From Glaucostegus cemiculus (taxonomy: Eukaryota): 64,000 nucleotides of DNA. How positions within the stretch are numbered: position 1 is the stretch's first letter; each line of letters opens with the position of its first letter. The notes under the pieces were generated by a model that saw only the letters and a program-made list of their open reading frames with translations, did not search any database and had not been told where the DNA came from. The position numbers were made by a program, and so were the translations under genes. The stretch spans positions 8,680,001 through 8,744,000 of the forward strand of contig CDPCPM010000278.1 in NCBI GenBank assembly GCA_976551045.1, written 5' to 3'. Positions 10,151-24,362 of this stretch are shown in pieces.

Positions 10151-13100
10151 AGGGCAACCAAGAATGTGCCCCACGTATGTTTGTGTTTTAAATGTCACTA
10201 ATTTCTTTGTTCCACCCTACAGACTACTTTTCTCCATCATTATCCCCTCTCTCAATTCCCACTAAAAGCTTCTACACTGGAAATCAGATTTAGAACCAAA
10301 CTGCAGAGATTCTAAGACAATCCAGAAACAGTGGAAACTTCACATCAAGAAAACAGAGACAAAATGCAAACAAACTCCCAAGGCTTTGTGAGCTAAGCAA
10401 TGAAAAGGTGAATCATGTTGAAATCACAGATACCAATCAGTACTGTAATAACCAATGTCAGTTGGGATAATGATGGGATCCAATCCTCCGGTGACAAAGT
10501 AAAAACTCCCAATTGTTTCTGTGATAGATGAAGCAAAATGCATGTGGGCACTCAGAAAGGAGGAGGATGGTGCTTTGAAACAAACTTCTTAACTAAATAA
10601 ACACATTGATACACTTTACAAAGCAGCAGATTGAAGACAACTATGCCTATGGATCTGTATCTTAAAAAGGAGTCAATACTTTCATGGAATTGAAATCAGG
10701 AAGTTCAATACATCAAAGCATAATAAAACCCTTGCTAGATATGAACTAAGCAGCTTTTTAATACAGCAACACATAAAATACAAACAGAAGCTCAGATAAA
10801 TACATTTCTTTTCCTTTAAATTGCTTGAGTTATAGAATGCATTCAACCATTTACAAAAATTGCTCTTTGCTGTTTCTATCAGAACCTCTTCCAATAGTGA
10901 GCGATGAAAAGCAATTATATAGCTGATTTACCATCAATACTGAAGAAAACTATTTCCAAGGCAATGCTCTATCACTCACTGCAATCCTAATAGACAAATA
11001 TTTAGAATATCAAATGAAAACAAATTGATTCAATATTAGCAGAAATCTGCAAAATCAATACTTATACAAGCCAAATCAATTAACAATACATCTGATGACT
11101 ACTTGAACAAACAATATTAATAGATCATTTCTCAAATAATTCTATATTATTAAACCAATTGTCATGCAGACTTAACTAACAATTTCATCTGTGTAAACTG
11201 CTTACTGTTTTTTTAGAACTGGAACAGAGGGAAATTCTACAATAATAAATTTAGTAATACACAATGCTCTTGCTCAAAGCAAGGATGATGCGCACATCAC
11301 ACTGAATTCAGTTTGGATTGAAGCATAAGTAATTAATCCTTAATGAATACATTATCAAAATGTTGCTTTCTATCTGTTTTGGCACACAGCACCAATCTTG
11401 CTGCACCCGTGACTTAAAGAAATTTGTTTCTCCACATCCCAGAGGGAAATGGTTGGTAACTCCTAGATATATTTGTGGGAATTGTATTCTTATCACCATC
11501 TGACAATTAACACTACCTTATTCTCTTTCCAGAGTACATAAATCATGGTGTAGTTCCAAAAAAAATGAGCAACTGAAATGAAACTTTATTGATTACTTCT
11601 CTTAAGTAAGGCCAGCATTACCACCAAGTTCAAAAGACAAGAGTGCAAACAAGTTTTCTCTTTTGTGAATTATGCATCATCTAACTTAATATTTAACTTG
11701 TAAAATGAAACTTCCCAGGTCATCGAACAGCAGGCTGAATACTTTCGGCCTTTCAGTCATTTGCAAAACCACACAGCCACAAAATTCCTTCTCCATCTGG
11801 CTCCAATCCAAAGCAGTGTGAATTGTTTCATCTCCCTACTAACAACTGCTAACACCGCAGCAACGGTCAATTCTCTTCTAATTCGTTCCACATGGTTTTA
11901 ACAGTGTGGACTCTTATCAAGTGGCAATTTCACTAACAATGTCAAGTGCTCCAATGCCACCATTAACAGTGTCATTGTCTGGAATTATATTTTAAGGAAC
12001 ATCTTTTCCCCTGTTAAAAAAAATCCCCAAATCCAGCCAACACAAAACAACAGTGTGCTATCTAATCTGTCAGAGGTTTGAATTCCATTATCCTGGTCAG
12101 ATGCCCAATGCATTGGCACTACAGCTGCTAACCCTAATTCACTGATTGTTATTTTGCACAAGAGAATCCACTACAAAATTCCCACATAGAAGGTCATATT
12201 TAGCTGGCAGCAGGACAGTGTTGAGAGTTCCCTGGGAATAGGTCACCCGATGAACCCTTGGTTTTGAGAAAAGTGGACACGGACCCAAGTTGATAGGAGA
12301 AACCTTCTAAATAAACAAAGCCAACTGTTTTACTGAAGCTGCAAAAAAAAGTTGTTCCAACTTTATTTCCTCTTCAGTTATATAATGGCACCATTGTTCA
12401 CATCACAAGGCCTTTGTATAATTTATGAATATAAATGCTTACTCCTTGGAGTTCACAACCCCAAATATTCAACTCCAGGAGAATTAAGCAGCGTGGATTC
12501 ACTTCTGCTGTTAGTGCTTGGGCTGGAAGCCAGACACATGTCACATTGCTGGGACTCTACAAGTGAGCTCTCAGTCAGAATACAGTTATGTGGAACGACA
12601 GGCTCTCTTCAAAACATTAACCACAAAGACATTTCTCACATTTCACCCCCCAAAACACCAAGTACATTTTTTAAATCATTTACATGTTATGCAGATATGG
12701 AAAGCTCATGCTGACTGTGTTTCTGCTTATTATGTGGGGTAACTGGATTTCAACTTCTCAAAATTTGAAATGTCAGATCAGCAAGATAAATCTCAAATGC
12801 ACGATGACCATTTTCAAATGAATCATTCAACCCTTCAATATTTGGATTGAAGTACAGAAGCTATAAATCCCCTCAAAAGAAAATTGCTGCAGCTTGCCCG
12901 TGTTTTAATTGAAGATTCATTTTCAAAACAAAACCAGATTACAGGAGTGATTTGCATCCGAATACGGTTCAAAGAAATCCCAATCAATTTGCACCCTTTG
13001 CTGACTTGACCACAATTCAACTGATCACTCCAATGGCAATCACAGTAGAATTTGTCTCAACTTCAGTTTCTTAAGACAATAATCACAGCTGCTCTTACAG

Positions 13101-15687
13101 TCAGCAGTGTGACCACTTCAGCTGCATATCAGTGAGCCTCAGAGTGAACGTCTGACACCTGCAAGGTGCTTTGATAGAAAACTGTGACTCAAAGTTCCAT
13201 ATGATTCTCCAAGTTATAAACAATCTCTGGCAATCTGATTTCTGTTTGAATAGTTAAGGTCAGCTTTATTGAAATCATTACTCTGCACATCCGTGGCGAG
13301 ATCTCAAAAAGCTGTTTGTGTAAATTACTCAAAATAATATGAAGCAGCTGGAAGGCAGCTTACATATTTATCATGGCTATCTTCAAAACTACTGGTAGAC
13401 CTGGCCTACAAGTCTATTGCTTGGGATGGAGCTCTAAACTAGGTAGGTGCAAAAGAGATAGCAAGGACAGCAGCGTTTGCCTAATAAACAGAGACTCAAT
13501 TCAAATCCAAAAATTATTTTTCTAAAAATGCCAATTCTCTATGTTTGTACTTTACTAAACTTCAGCGGAAACAAAATATACAACATAACAGTACCTTATT
13601 AATTGAATAAATGGGCTTTGAAAACTCAAGTTGATTCTCTCTCCCTCCATGTTATTCATCCAAAAGCTTGTTGGAGAAAATTTAAATATATTTTAAACTT
13701 AAAATTTCCCAAAGGAATTAGCTGATCACGGCATCCTATCTGCACCATTCTAAAAATGGGACTGATGCAACATTGCATAATTTAGCACAGAAGTAGCACG
13801 AAAGACAAATTGCCTTATTAACCACAGTAGGATCCACAATACAATGTACCATTTATATTAGAAGCTACCAATAGAATCAAATACCAGTAGTCAACATGAC
13901 AGTCTTGCCATAACAATATTCAACACATAAAAGATGGTGTTGCTCATCCTGGAGTAAGCTAGCACGCAGATCATACACCGACTAACTTTCCTAAGATAAT
14001 CTTTTACTGATTATGTGTGCCATTACAATATTTCCTGAACCCAAGGTAATTGCTTCATTGAGATAATTTTGTCTATTTATTAATATCAAGATCTCACACA
14101 AGTTCAAAGTCAACTATCATTCAACTATCTCATCCCAGCCTTTTTTTTACATTTACGCTAATAATCTAGAGATTTAACCACAATCTTTGAAATATAGACA
14201 AGGCAATAAAGTGTCCCAAAGCATTTTGAGAGCAGGGACATTTATCAAATTTCTGCTTCAAGAACATTGAAACTTTATTTTAATTGTTGGCAATGATGAA
14301 CATGAAATCATCATTGAAACAACTTGCTTCAGATTGTACTAGGTTTAACATCACACAGGACATGAGTGTCACTGCCCAGATACAATCTGGTTGAGATCCT
14401 CCACTGGGAGGGAGCTAGAACCTGTCAGCAAGTTCAGAAATTATGCATTTAGACATCTCAGAACTGCCACCATTTCAATAGGAGAACTTGCAAAACACTT
14501 TATGGAGGTTCTAACAATTAAATGGAAAACCACTGAATGTTGTTTTTCAAGAAAAAGACATCTTTAGGGATTACTCACTTTCACATTATGTCAGAGGTAG
14601 TCAAAGAAACAAGCAATAGTATTAAATTTTGAAAATCAATGAGATTTGCTAAATGCAAGATCTAAGAGTTATCCAGGCCAATGACAAATCTCGATTGATC
14701 TGCAAGCTCCATATAATCTGCTTCAGTGACCCCACTTCAATGTCTTCCATTCCAAGTACAAGTAGGCTATGGCAGAAGGGTCTGGCCTAAAATATTGGAC
14801 CTTCATAAATGACAAACAGTCTTAATGCATCTGTTTAAATTAGCAAACTGCTTTCACTTTAATTAAATGAACAACATTAATTGATAATTAAAATAGGGTT
14901 GCCGTTTCATGCCATAAAGCTTAATGGAAATCTGAAACACACTTACCTAAAATGTCAAATTAAATTTTAAAACCTCAGGTCTATTAACTTTTCTTTAGGT
15001 TCAATCTCAAAAGATTGTGATACGGTAATGAAGTAGAACTGCTCTCCGATCTAGCTGATCAAAAAAGGTGAGCGACTCAATGAGCTCTCTCTTCTTCCTA
15101 ATGCTTCCCCATTCCCTGCTTCTGCCTCTCCCTGACTCTTGAGAACCTACAAATGCAATTGCTGTTGAGCAAGCTTCCAGTCTTCCTTCTCCTCCCATTT
15201 TAGAAACCAAAAGGGAAAATACTGCAGTTGTTGAAAATCCATCCAATGGCATACCATTATTGCAACTTGCTGTTGGAGCAGGTTATGCAACAAGAGTCCA
15301 TGACTTTGAATTGTTGTCAATTGCAGATTGTTAACTCAACAGGATAAATGAGAAAGACGAGTTCTTTTCTCATGCAATTTGATCGGAGTGCCTGAGAAAG
15401 TACCAAACTCCCTGTGGTTCAACTTGTTCATTATGTCATGCAAATCTATTTGAGAAGTACATCTGCACAACATGATGTCAGCTTTAACACTCTGGTTTCT
15501 GCTCTACTGCTTAATATAGAAGTTTACAGATTAAAAAACAGTTGCAACAAATCCTGGCCATCTTAACTGGAGGACTTTACAAATGGTGCAACTAACCATC
15601 AGCTGATAGATTCATTTGCTTAGCCTAAAAAACTGACCTCTGAAAGAACAAAAGATCTTATTAAAAAATTAAATACTGCTTATCATT

Positions 15688-15978
15688 ACGGTAGTGTAGC
15701 AGTTAGCATAATGCTTTACAGCGCCAGAGACCTGGGTTCAAATCCAGCCACTGTCTGTAAGGAGTTTGTACGTTCTCCCTGTGCCTGTGTGGGTTTCCTC
15801 CGGTTTCCTTCTACATTGCAAAGATGTACAGGTTAGGAAGTTGTGGGCAAACTATGTTGGCACTGGAAGCATGGCGACACTTGCAGGCTGCCCCCAGAAC
15901 ACTACGCAAAAAAGATACATTTCACTGTGTTTCGATGTACATGTGTCTAATATCTTATAAAAATATCTTATATCTTAT
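15688..15978 (+). mobile_element. tRNA-derived SINE (V-SINE-like), near full length
   Basis: A-box-like tagtgtagcagttag, B box ggttcaaatcc, core gagtttgtacgttctccct...gtgggtttcctccgg, tail atcttat repeats. Homologous copies at 47140 and 22550. Confidence 0.88.
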
Positions 15979-18711
15979 AAAAATCCCTGGAATATTTCAG
16001 GATCCCTAAGATGTGCCATAGTTCTGAGGGTTTTGGATTGTTGGCTACAGCTTTTCTTTCATCAGTCCAAATCTGTCACACAATGCCTTGATACACAATA
16101 AAATTCTGAAATATTGCTAATTAAACTGAATTTAAAGCAAGTCTGTGGTAAATCGTTACAGCGTGACACCTTCGCTAGAATGCCAAGATAGTCAACTGAG
16201 AAAAGCACTAACATTTCAGATGGATGAATGAACATTGAGACTAATTGTATACATCAGAATATCTGGAATTCAGCCATCTCATTGCACATTAAGTTTCATT
16301 TCAACAAAGGGCCAAGAGAAATAATTTCATAAACCTTACAACACGTAAATAACTTTTTTTTATTCTTCTGTATTGCTCAATACTCAGAGGGCACAGTCTT
16401 CAGACAATACAATTTTACAATATGATTCAACAGGAGATGCTCGGGGAGTTTTGTGCAAGTGATGGAACACCATTCCTACAGTTGGGATGTCAAAGAAAAG
16501 AGAACAGCAATTGTAAACCTTTATCTTAACCCCTAGGATATATAAAATTCAATATATTAAAAGAAAAAAACCACAGCCAGAAACCAGCAAAGGTGATTTT
16601 GCCTCTTATGAGTATTGCAATACATGACATAAGTAGCCATGGGAATCAACCTTTTCTTAAATCTACTTCAGTTGTAACATGCACTCATGCTGCTAGAAAT
16701 CAAAGCAAAATTAAGAGAGGAGCTGCGGGCTTGTTCTGATTTCTATTACTCCATGAGAGTGAATATATTTACGTCACTGAGAACAGTGACAATCCGTGGT
16801 TGCTTGGGGCAAGATTTTACCTGTGTGTTCAATCCATCATAGAAATAGAATTCCACCAAATTAGGAAATTATACTTGGTGATAGTTCAAAACTGTCCACT
16901 TCTGCTGACTTGCACCCGTTTTAAGCCCTGTGTGACTGTGTTCCTTCCTTTTTATTTCACTCACAGGATGCAGTTGCCAGTGGCAAAGCCAAGTTTTATA
17001 ACTCATTAAGGTGGTTGAGTCCTGCCTTGAACTGCTGCAGTAAATATGAAGGCTCTCCAGAGTACCTTTCACCTTCCTGCCCAAGTTAAATCAGTAACTT
17101 AAATTTGTGAACTAAAAATCTTTCAGCAATGAATAAAACTTAAATATACTCTATTTTGACCTCCCAGCTAATGAGAAGCATCATTCAAATAAAGTTTCAG
17201 ACAGAATCAAATTATTAAAGTTAGAATAGAGCTTCACACCAGACATTCCAACAAGTACTATCTTCAAATTACTTCAAGGTTTATTATCTGTTTTGCTCAA
17301 AAAAATGAAACTTTTACTCGTCTATTTTTTTTCTTTCCCAATGCTCCATCCAACATTTCTATTGCCAAAGGAAGAGGACTCCATTGTCTATACAAGTCCA
17401 ATGGTTGAAGCAGAACTTTAAAAAAATTCCTCATATTTCACCTTACCATCTCCTAAATGTGTTCTGTACACCCAACCACACCTGAAGACATATCCCATCC
17501 CGTGTACCTCATTAATATCTAACCAATATTAAGTTGTATTTCTGAATTTGCCTCGTGGATTGTCACAATAGCAGCGGTAGGGTATTGATAAAATTTAGTC
17601 AGTTTAGTTTAACAGCTACTGCTGATTTGGAATGAACTTAGATGACTAAAATTTCACCTTGGTCTGCAATGTTCTCCTTTAATTCATGTTCAAGTGGATG
17701 AAAAATAACTATGCTAAATAAATTACTTAAACTTTTCACTACAATAAGGGACCAATAATACAAGAATGTGATGTTATTCAAGGAAGAGCTGTACCAGCTA
17801 GAAACTGAGAAAAAAGCTTGACTATGCGGTTATAGTTTACAGGAATGAGCAAGCTGAATGTACTCTATTTACCATAGCTAACATGCAGTATTTTATGAAC
17901 ATCTGTTGTGGATTTAGCAGAGCATTATACTAAGACAAAAATAATTTAAACAGCTGGGCTTGAGGAGAGAAATCTTGTGAAAACATTGGCAAGCTTTGTT
18001 TATATAGGGGGAGTTGCAGTCACTTTACAAAATGGTTGCATCTCGAGTTCTCCTCCATGGCTCAAGGGTATGTTTAAAGACATCAGTATTGGTCTTGGAG
18101 TGATACAAGTGCTCATGTGTGTAATACTCTCGCCCCATAAAAGGAATTTGTTTAAAAAGGATTAAAATTAAAGGTCATAAATAGAGCTCACCATCCAAAA
18201 AAAAATGGCCAAGCTACTTCAGGTAATATTACTGACCTAAAGTGATGGGGCAGAAAGGACTAAAGATGATCAAGATTATTAAACGCATCTACAATATTTG
18301 GCTAAATCACCTATGTGGTACTGAGTTCCACACACACCACTCTGAGCAAAGATCCCTCAGAATTCTATATTTGATTCATGACTAACTTGTACTTACGGAT
18401 AATAATTTTAATCATCCTCATGTACACCATCAAACCCCGGAGTTTAAGCCTTATAGATCACCCATTAGTTTTCTAAAGAGCCACAATAAACTAAACAGAT
18501 GGGGGTTAATTGAAGAAAATTAGCAGAAAGGTAAAGAGCAAAATGCACAATATATCTAAAACAAACTTAATGAAATTAACAGCACTATAGAATTTAAATG
18601 AATATGATCAGATAGCCATTACGGAGACATGGTCACAAGAAGTTTAAAAAAGGAAACTCAAATTCAGGACTATTTAAATTTTAGGTGGAACAAAAGGAAA
18701 GAAAAAGGTGA

Positions 18712-18979
18712 AAAAAACCTGCTGGAGGATTTAACAAGTCCTCCAGCAACATCATTGGTGGCATTTGGCATGGGGGTGGTGGGGGGTGAGGGAAGGAATT
18801 GTTGACATTTCTGGTTGAGACTCTGCATCACAATCCTGATGGTTCAAATCCACCATGCAGGGCCTCAGCTTGAAATGCAATTCTTTTCCACCGCAGATGC
18901 TGCTTGACCAACTGAGTTCCTCGAGCAGTTTGGGTTTTTTTTGCTCCAGATTCCAGCATCTGAAGTCTCTTGTATCTCC
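18712..18979. mobile_element. Fold-back short element copy nested in the CR1, left end truncated
   Basis: ctgctggagga at left; gatgctgcttgacc...ctgagttcctc...ctccagattccagcatctgaagtctcttgt at right, homologous to 1100-1330. Confidence 0.8.
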
Positions 18980-19689
18980 AGGAAAGAAGAGGTGATGGGG
19001 GTAGCTCTACTAATAAGAAATGAAAAGTACTTCTAGATTGCCTGCTTCAGCAGCAGAGTCCATTTGGATGGAGATAGAAAATAGCAAAAGAAAGATGAGA
19101 GCATCAGCATTACTGCTTGAGCCTCCTAAACAGTAGCCATTGTGTAGGAAAAAGCAGAGACCCAAAACATAATGGGGTATGTATTAACCATGGGTACCTT
19201 TAATCTTCATGTAGATTGTGTCAATCAAATTGGAAAATGTAGGCATAAGAATGAATGCACAGACTGCATTCAGGATAGTTTCCCATCACAATACAATGGA
19301 AAGCCACCAAGGGATCATGCTATTTTGGACGTGGATGTATAAAAGACAAGTTTAATAAATAATTTCCAGAGTGAAGGATCACAATCGCAGAGGAAGTAAA
19401 AAAAAAAATCACAGCATGATAGATTTTTTTTCATTTAGCTGGACAGTGAGAAACTTGGGTTTGAAGTAACTGCTAAATTTAAATAAAAGGAATGAGGATA
19501 GATGTTGTTAATTTGGACTGGGCTAATAGAACAGCAAGCAAGACAATACACAAACAGTGGTGGGGGAGGAGTGGGAGCAGGGAGTGAGCCAACCCTAGCT
19601 AACCAAGTAAGGTGGGTATGAAGTGCAAGGAGAAAAGTTACACAAGATGGCAAAAGTGACTCCAAGACAAATATAGGAACCAAAGGAGG

Positions 19690-19725
19690 ATGAGGAAAAG
19701 AAAGACAATGAGGAAAAGAAAGACA
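19690..19725. repeat. Exact 18-bp tandem duplication within the decayed CR1
   Basis: atgaggaaaagaaagaca occurs twice head-to-tail. Confidence 0.9.
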
Positions 19726-20033
19726 AGAAAAGTATGAGGGTAAATGAGCAAGAAATACAAAAAACTGCAACGTACATCAAAAGTAAGAGATCAAAGTGGA
19801 CAAAGGCCTCTCAGCGAGTAACGCTGGGGAAACCATTTTGAGGAAATGGGGAAAAAAAAACAGGAGTTAAACAAATAGTTTACATTGGTTAAAATCACAA
19901 TGAATAGCTTATCAATACCAAAACAAAAATGAGGTAGGGTTGAATTAAGTGCTGTCACTTGAAACTGGTATGAGACGAACTAACAGGGTTAAAAGGCCTG
20001 GACCTGATGGTTTACAATCAGAGGTCCTAAAAG

Positions 20034-21110
20034 AATCAGAATCAGGTTTATTATCACTGACTTGTACGTCATGAAATTTGCTGTTCAGCAGCAGCAAAGT
20101 GCGAAGACACAAAATAAATAAATAAATAATGCAAAAAAAAACTAAGTAGTGTTCATGGGCCGTTCAGAAATCTGATGGCAGAGGGAAAGAAGCTGTTCCT
20201 AAATCATTAAGTGTGGGTCTTCAGGTTCCTATACCTCCTCCCCGATGGTAGTAATGAGAAGAAGGTATGTCCCAGATGAAGGGGGTCCTTGGTGATGGAT
20301 GCCACCTTCTTGAGGCAATGCCTCTTCAAGATGTCCTCGATGGTGGGGAGAGTTATGCTCGTGGTGGAGCTAGCTGAGTCTACAACCCTCTGCAGTCTCT
20401 TGCAATCCTGTGCATTGGAGCCTCCATGCCAGGCTGTGATGCAACCAGAATGTTCTCCACTGTACATCTATAGAAATTCGGAAGTCTTTGGTAACATACC
20501 AAATCTCCTCAAACTCCTAACAAAGTAGAGCCACTAGCGTGCCTTCTCCATGGTTGCATTAACGTGTTGAGCCCATGATAGATCCTCCGAGATGTTGACG
20601 CCCAAGAACTTGAAATTGTTCATCCTTTCCACCACTGACCTCTCAATGAGGACTGGTGTGTGTTTTCCCAACTCACCCTTCTTGAAGTCCATAATCAATT
20701 CCTTGGTCTTACTGACATCGAATGCAAGGTTGTTGTTGTGACAATGCTCAACCAGTTGACCTAGCTCTCTCCTGTACTCCTCCTCATCACCATCTGAGAT
20801 CCTGCCAACAATGGTAGTGTCATTGGCAAATTTATAGATGGTATTTGAGCTGTGCTTGGTCACACAGTCTCGAAAGTAGAGTAGAGAGCAGTGGGCTAGG
20901 CACACATCCTTGAGGTGTGCCTGAGTGATTGTCTGCGAGGAGATATTTTTCCCATTCCGCAATGACTGTGGTCTCCTGATAAGAAGTCCAGAATCTAGTT
21001 CCAGAGGGAGGTACAGAGAACCAGGCTTTGAAACTTGTTGATTAATACTAAGGGGATAATGGTGTTGAATACCAAGCTGTAATCGATAAACAGCAGCCTG
21101 ACGTGCCAAC
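20034..21110 (-). mobile_element. Rex1/Babar-like LINE, 5'-truncated (~1.1 kb), with decayed reverse transcriptase, nested in the CR1
   Basis: ORF pieces KFANDTTIVGRISDGDEEEYRRE, VSKTKELIMDF, FKFLGVNISEDLSW, GCITAWHG, LPSGRRYR and a (CTGATT)n tail. The FADD motif reads FAND and the frame is broken. Confidence 0.88.
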
Positions 21111-22549
21111 ACTGATACACTGACAATTGGCTGTAATTTTCCAAAAATACTGGAGAGTTACTGAAGGATTTAAAGACTGCCAATGAGAGACAAAAAAGCT
21201 GCAAGGCAAGAAAAATCTATAGGTTGATTATCCCTACACATTATTGAAAAAGTGTTAGAATCAATTATTGAGGTAACAGAGCATTTGGAAATTCATAGCA
21301 TGATCAAGTTGAGTCAACAAGGCTTCATAAAGGGGAAATTATGCCTGACAAACTTAAGAGTTCTTTGAGAGGGGAATATCTGTCAGTGGATAGTGGGAAA
21401 CCAGCAAGATGTAATGTGTTCCAATTTATAAAAGGGGTTCAACAAGGTGGCATACAAGAAGTTACTTTGCCATTAAGAGCTAATGGCATTGGAGGTATAC
21501 ATGAGCACAGATAGAGAATTGGCTAATTAGTAGGAAGCACTGATTAGGGATAAGGAAATCATTTTCAGATTAGCAACCCGTAACCACTCGGGTGCCGCAA
21601 GGATCAGTGCTGGGACCACAGTTGCTTAGAAGGAAGTGAATGTACTGTAGCCAAATTTGCAGATGATACACAAGGGGGTGGGGAGTGTGACATCGAGCTA
21701 TGAGGAGGATACAAACAGTTTAGAGAGAGATAGTGAAAGGTTAAGCTGAGGTTGAAAACATCAGCTAAAATGGAGTGTGATGTGGGAAGTTATGAAGTGT
21801 CGTGAAGGAAGAATGATACAACATTAAATGACAGCACAAAGGGCCTTGGGGGTCCTCTTTCATGAAAACACAGAAAACAAGCTAGGGATGCAGCAGGAAA
21901 TCAGGAAGGCTAATCCAATGTGGGCTTTTTCTACAAGGGAACTGGAGCATAAAAGTAGGGATGTCTTACTATAACTGTACAAGATACAAGCGGGACCACA
22001 TCTATTGTGCTATGTGTAGTTTTCATCCCCCTATTTAAATAAAATTACGTCACTGGAGACTGTTAAGGGTCACTAAGATGACCCCAAGTGAATGCCTTAT
22101 GAGTAAAGGTTGATTTGATATTCTCCAGAGTTTAAAAGAATGAGAAGCAACCTTTTTGAGCTAAGGAGCTTGACAGGGTAAATCTGGTGGGATGTTTCTC
22201 CTCCTGGGAGAATTTTGGACCAGAAGACAGTTTAAGGATAAGGTGGTGCTCATTTAAGGCTGAGGCAAGAAATTTCTTTTCTCAAATGGTTCAGTCTTAG
22301 GAATTCCTTGCCTCAGAAACCTGTTGAAACCAAGTCCTCGAACATATTCAATGATGAGACAGATTTTTAATTAGTAAGGGGTTACGGCAGGAAAGGGGAC
22401 TTCAGGCAAGCTGGATCAGATTAAATAAAGAACCAACCTCAAAGATCCAAATAGTCTACTCTTGTCTCCATTTCCTTTTGTCTGTTCAATCAGTCTCAAG
22501 AGTTATTGTCCCTCATACCCCATCTCACCTTTTTTCTGCCCTTTTCAAC

Positions 22550-22707
22550 CCCCAACATTCCAAAGACATACAGGTTAGGAAGTTATGGACGTGCTATGTT
22601 GGCGCCGGAAGTGTGGCGACACTTGCGGACTGCCCCCCCCAAAAATCACTACGCAAAAGATGTATTTCACTGTGTGTTTCGATGTACATGTGACTAATAA
22701 AGATCTT
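22550..22707 (+). mobile_element. 3' half of the V-SINE-like family
   Basis: acattccaaagacatacaggttaggaag...ggcgccggaagtgtggcgacacttgcgg...gatgtacatgtgactaataaaga matches the copies at 15688 and 47140. Confidence 0.85.
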
Positions 22708-23596
22708 CTCGTATATCGTGACAATACTAGCTAGAGAATCATCTGCAAGAGCTTCTCTTCTCATGTCTAGAACTTCTAGTCTCAAGTATTTGGCCTTTGA
22801 TGACCGCAATTTCCAATCTGCATGCTGACCACTGAAAATACATGCTGAAAAACATCAGCGTCACTTTCATGTGAATGCAGCCAACACCCATTTAAATACA
22901 ACCACCTCCATTTGTTAAATTGTAAGACTTCTTGCCCAACAACCAGTCTGAATAAACAGAAAGTATGAGCAAGACTACACCAAAGACCAATTATCTTCAG
23001 TCCCAGTCACAAGCTTATTTCCCTGGTCACACTGGCACTAATCTGAAAACGATTCAAGTTATTTGCAACATTGTCATATTTGAGCCACAGTTCACGTCAA
23101 CACAAAGAAAACCCATTTTCACTTCGCTATGATGTGACTCTCTTCCTCTCCCCATTCTCAACCTCCCCCCCTTGTTTCTGCTAATCTGCTGCTTAATTAC
23201 ACCTTCATTACTTCTCAACTAGACAATTCCAACACCATGCATTTAAACTAGAGCTAGATTCCTCTCTATAAACATGGTCATCCAAAATGTTACAGACCCC
23301 ATTACAATTGATACCAAGCTCTGTTTAACCAACATTCTTGTGCTTACTTATTTTCACAGATTCGTGCTTGATCAAAGACCTATTGCTTAACTTCTCATCC
23401 TTGGTTTCAAATTCATCCAAGGCTTACACCTGATCGCAGTATTAATCTCCTCTGCTCCTATAATAACAGAGATATTGGTGCAGCTCCAAATGAGGTCTTT
23501 TGATCATCCCCAAATTTAATCACCATCTTTATCTGCTTGACTCATGTTCACAATTGCATCCCTACAATCAGTTGGTCAGTACCTTTCGTTCCTCTT

Positions 23597-24362
23597 AGAG
23601 TTGTAGAGTACCAAAACTGCCCCTTGAGCCCAATTCATCCATGCCGACCAAGGTGCCTTTCTGAGCTAGTCCAATTTGCCTGTACTTGGCCCACATCTCT
23701 CAAAGCCATTGCAATCCACGTTGTACTTGTACCCATCTCTATGACTTCCTCTGACAGCTTGTTCCATATATCCACCACCATCTGTGTAATAAGTTGCCCC
23801 TCAGGTCCCCTCTCACCTCAAACCCATGCCTTCTAGATTCAGACTTCCCTATCCTGGGAAGAACACTGACCACCCACCATATCTATGCCTCGTATTATTT
23901 TATAAATTCTACAAGGTCATCTTTCTCTGTCTATTGTACTCCTACACGCTCAGGAAAACAGCCCCAGCCTAAAATTATCTCCTTATATCTGAAGCCATCC
24001 AGCCCCAGCAAAATCTTATGCTCTTTTTCTGCATCCTTCCTTGAGCTGGATGACTAAAACTACTCTCAATACTCCAGGTAAGATCTCAATGTCTTGGACA
24101 GCTGCAACATGATGTTCTGACTCTGGTATTCTTGCCCTCACTGACGAAGGCAAGCATGCCAAATGCCTTTTTCACCACCGTCAACCTGCATCGCCACTTT
24201 CAGGGAACTATGTACGTGGGCCCCCAAGTCTCTCTGTTCGACAACACTCTCCAAGGCCCTGCCATTTACTGCTCAAATCCAGCCCTGGTTTAACTTCTCA
24301 AAATGCAACACTTCACACTTGCAGTTAAATACCAGCCAGCATTCCTTGGCCCACTTTCCCAG
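23597..24362 (-). mobile_element. CR1 LINE 3' fragment
   Basis: Minus-strand peptide LGKWAKECWLVFNCKCEVLHF (CR1 W..FN..KCEVLH motif). The CR1 3' terminus is near 23600. Confidence 0.8.

Larger units (their letters stand above)
18545..22480 (+). mobile_element. Long decayed CR1 LINE (endonuclease to 3' end) with nested insertions
   Basis: gatagccattacggagacatgg (IAITETW, endonuclease), gggtgccgcaaggatcagtgctgggacc (GVPQGSVLGP), aaatttgcagatgataca (KFADDT). Many stops and indels. Confidence 0.85.

Noticed and set aside
15007-15252. 81-aa minus-strand ORF in unique sequence as a hidden ARVCF exon
   Set aside because: The flanking exons already join in frame to give the canonical GCLR-NVSS sequence, and the peptide has no family similarity.
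20534-21112. 192-aa reverse transcriptase-like ORF as an active or domesticated gene
   Set aside because: 5'-truncated, frameshifted, and the catalytic FADD motif reads FAND; an ordinary dead LINE copy.
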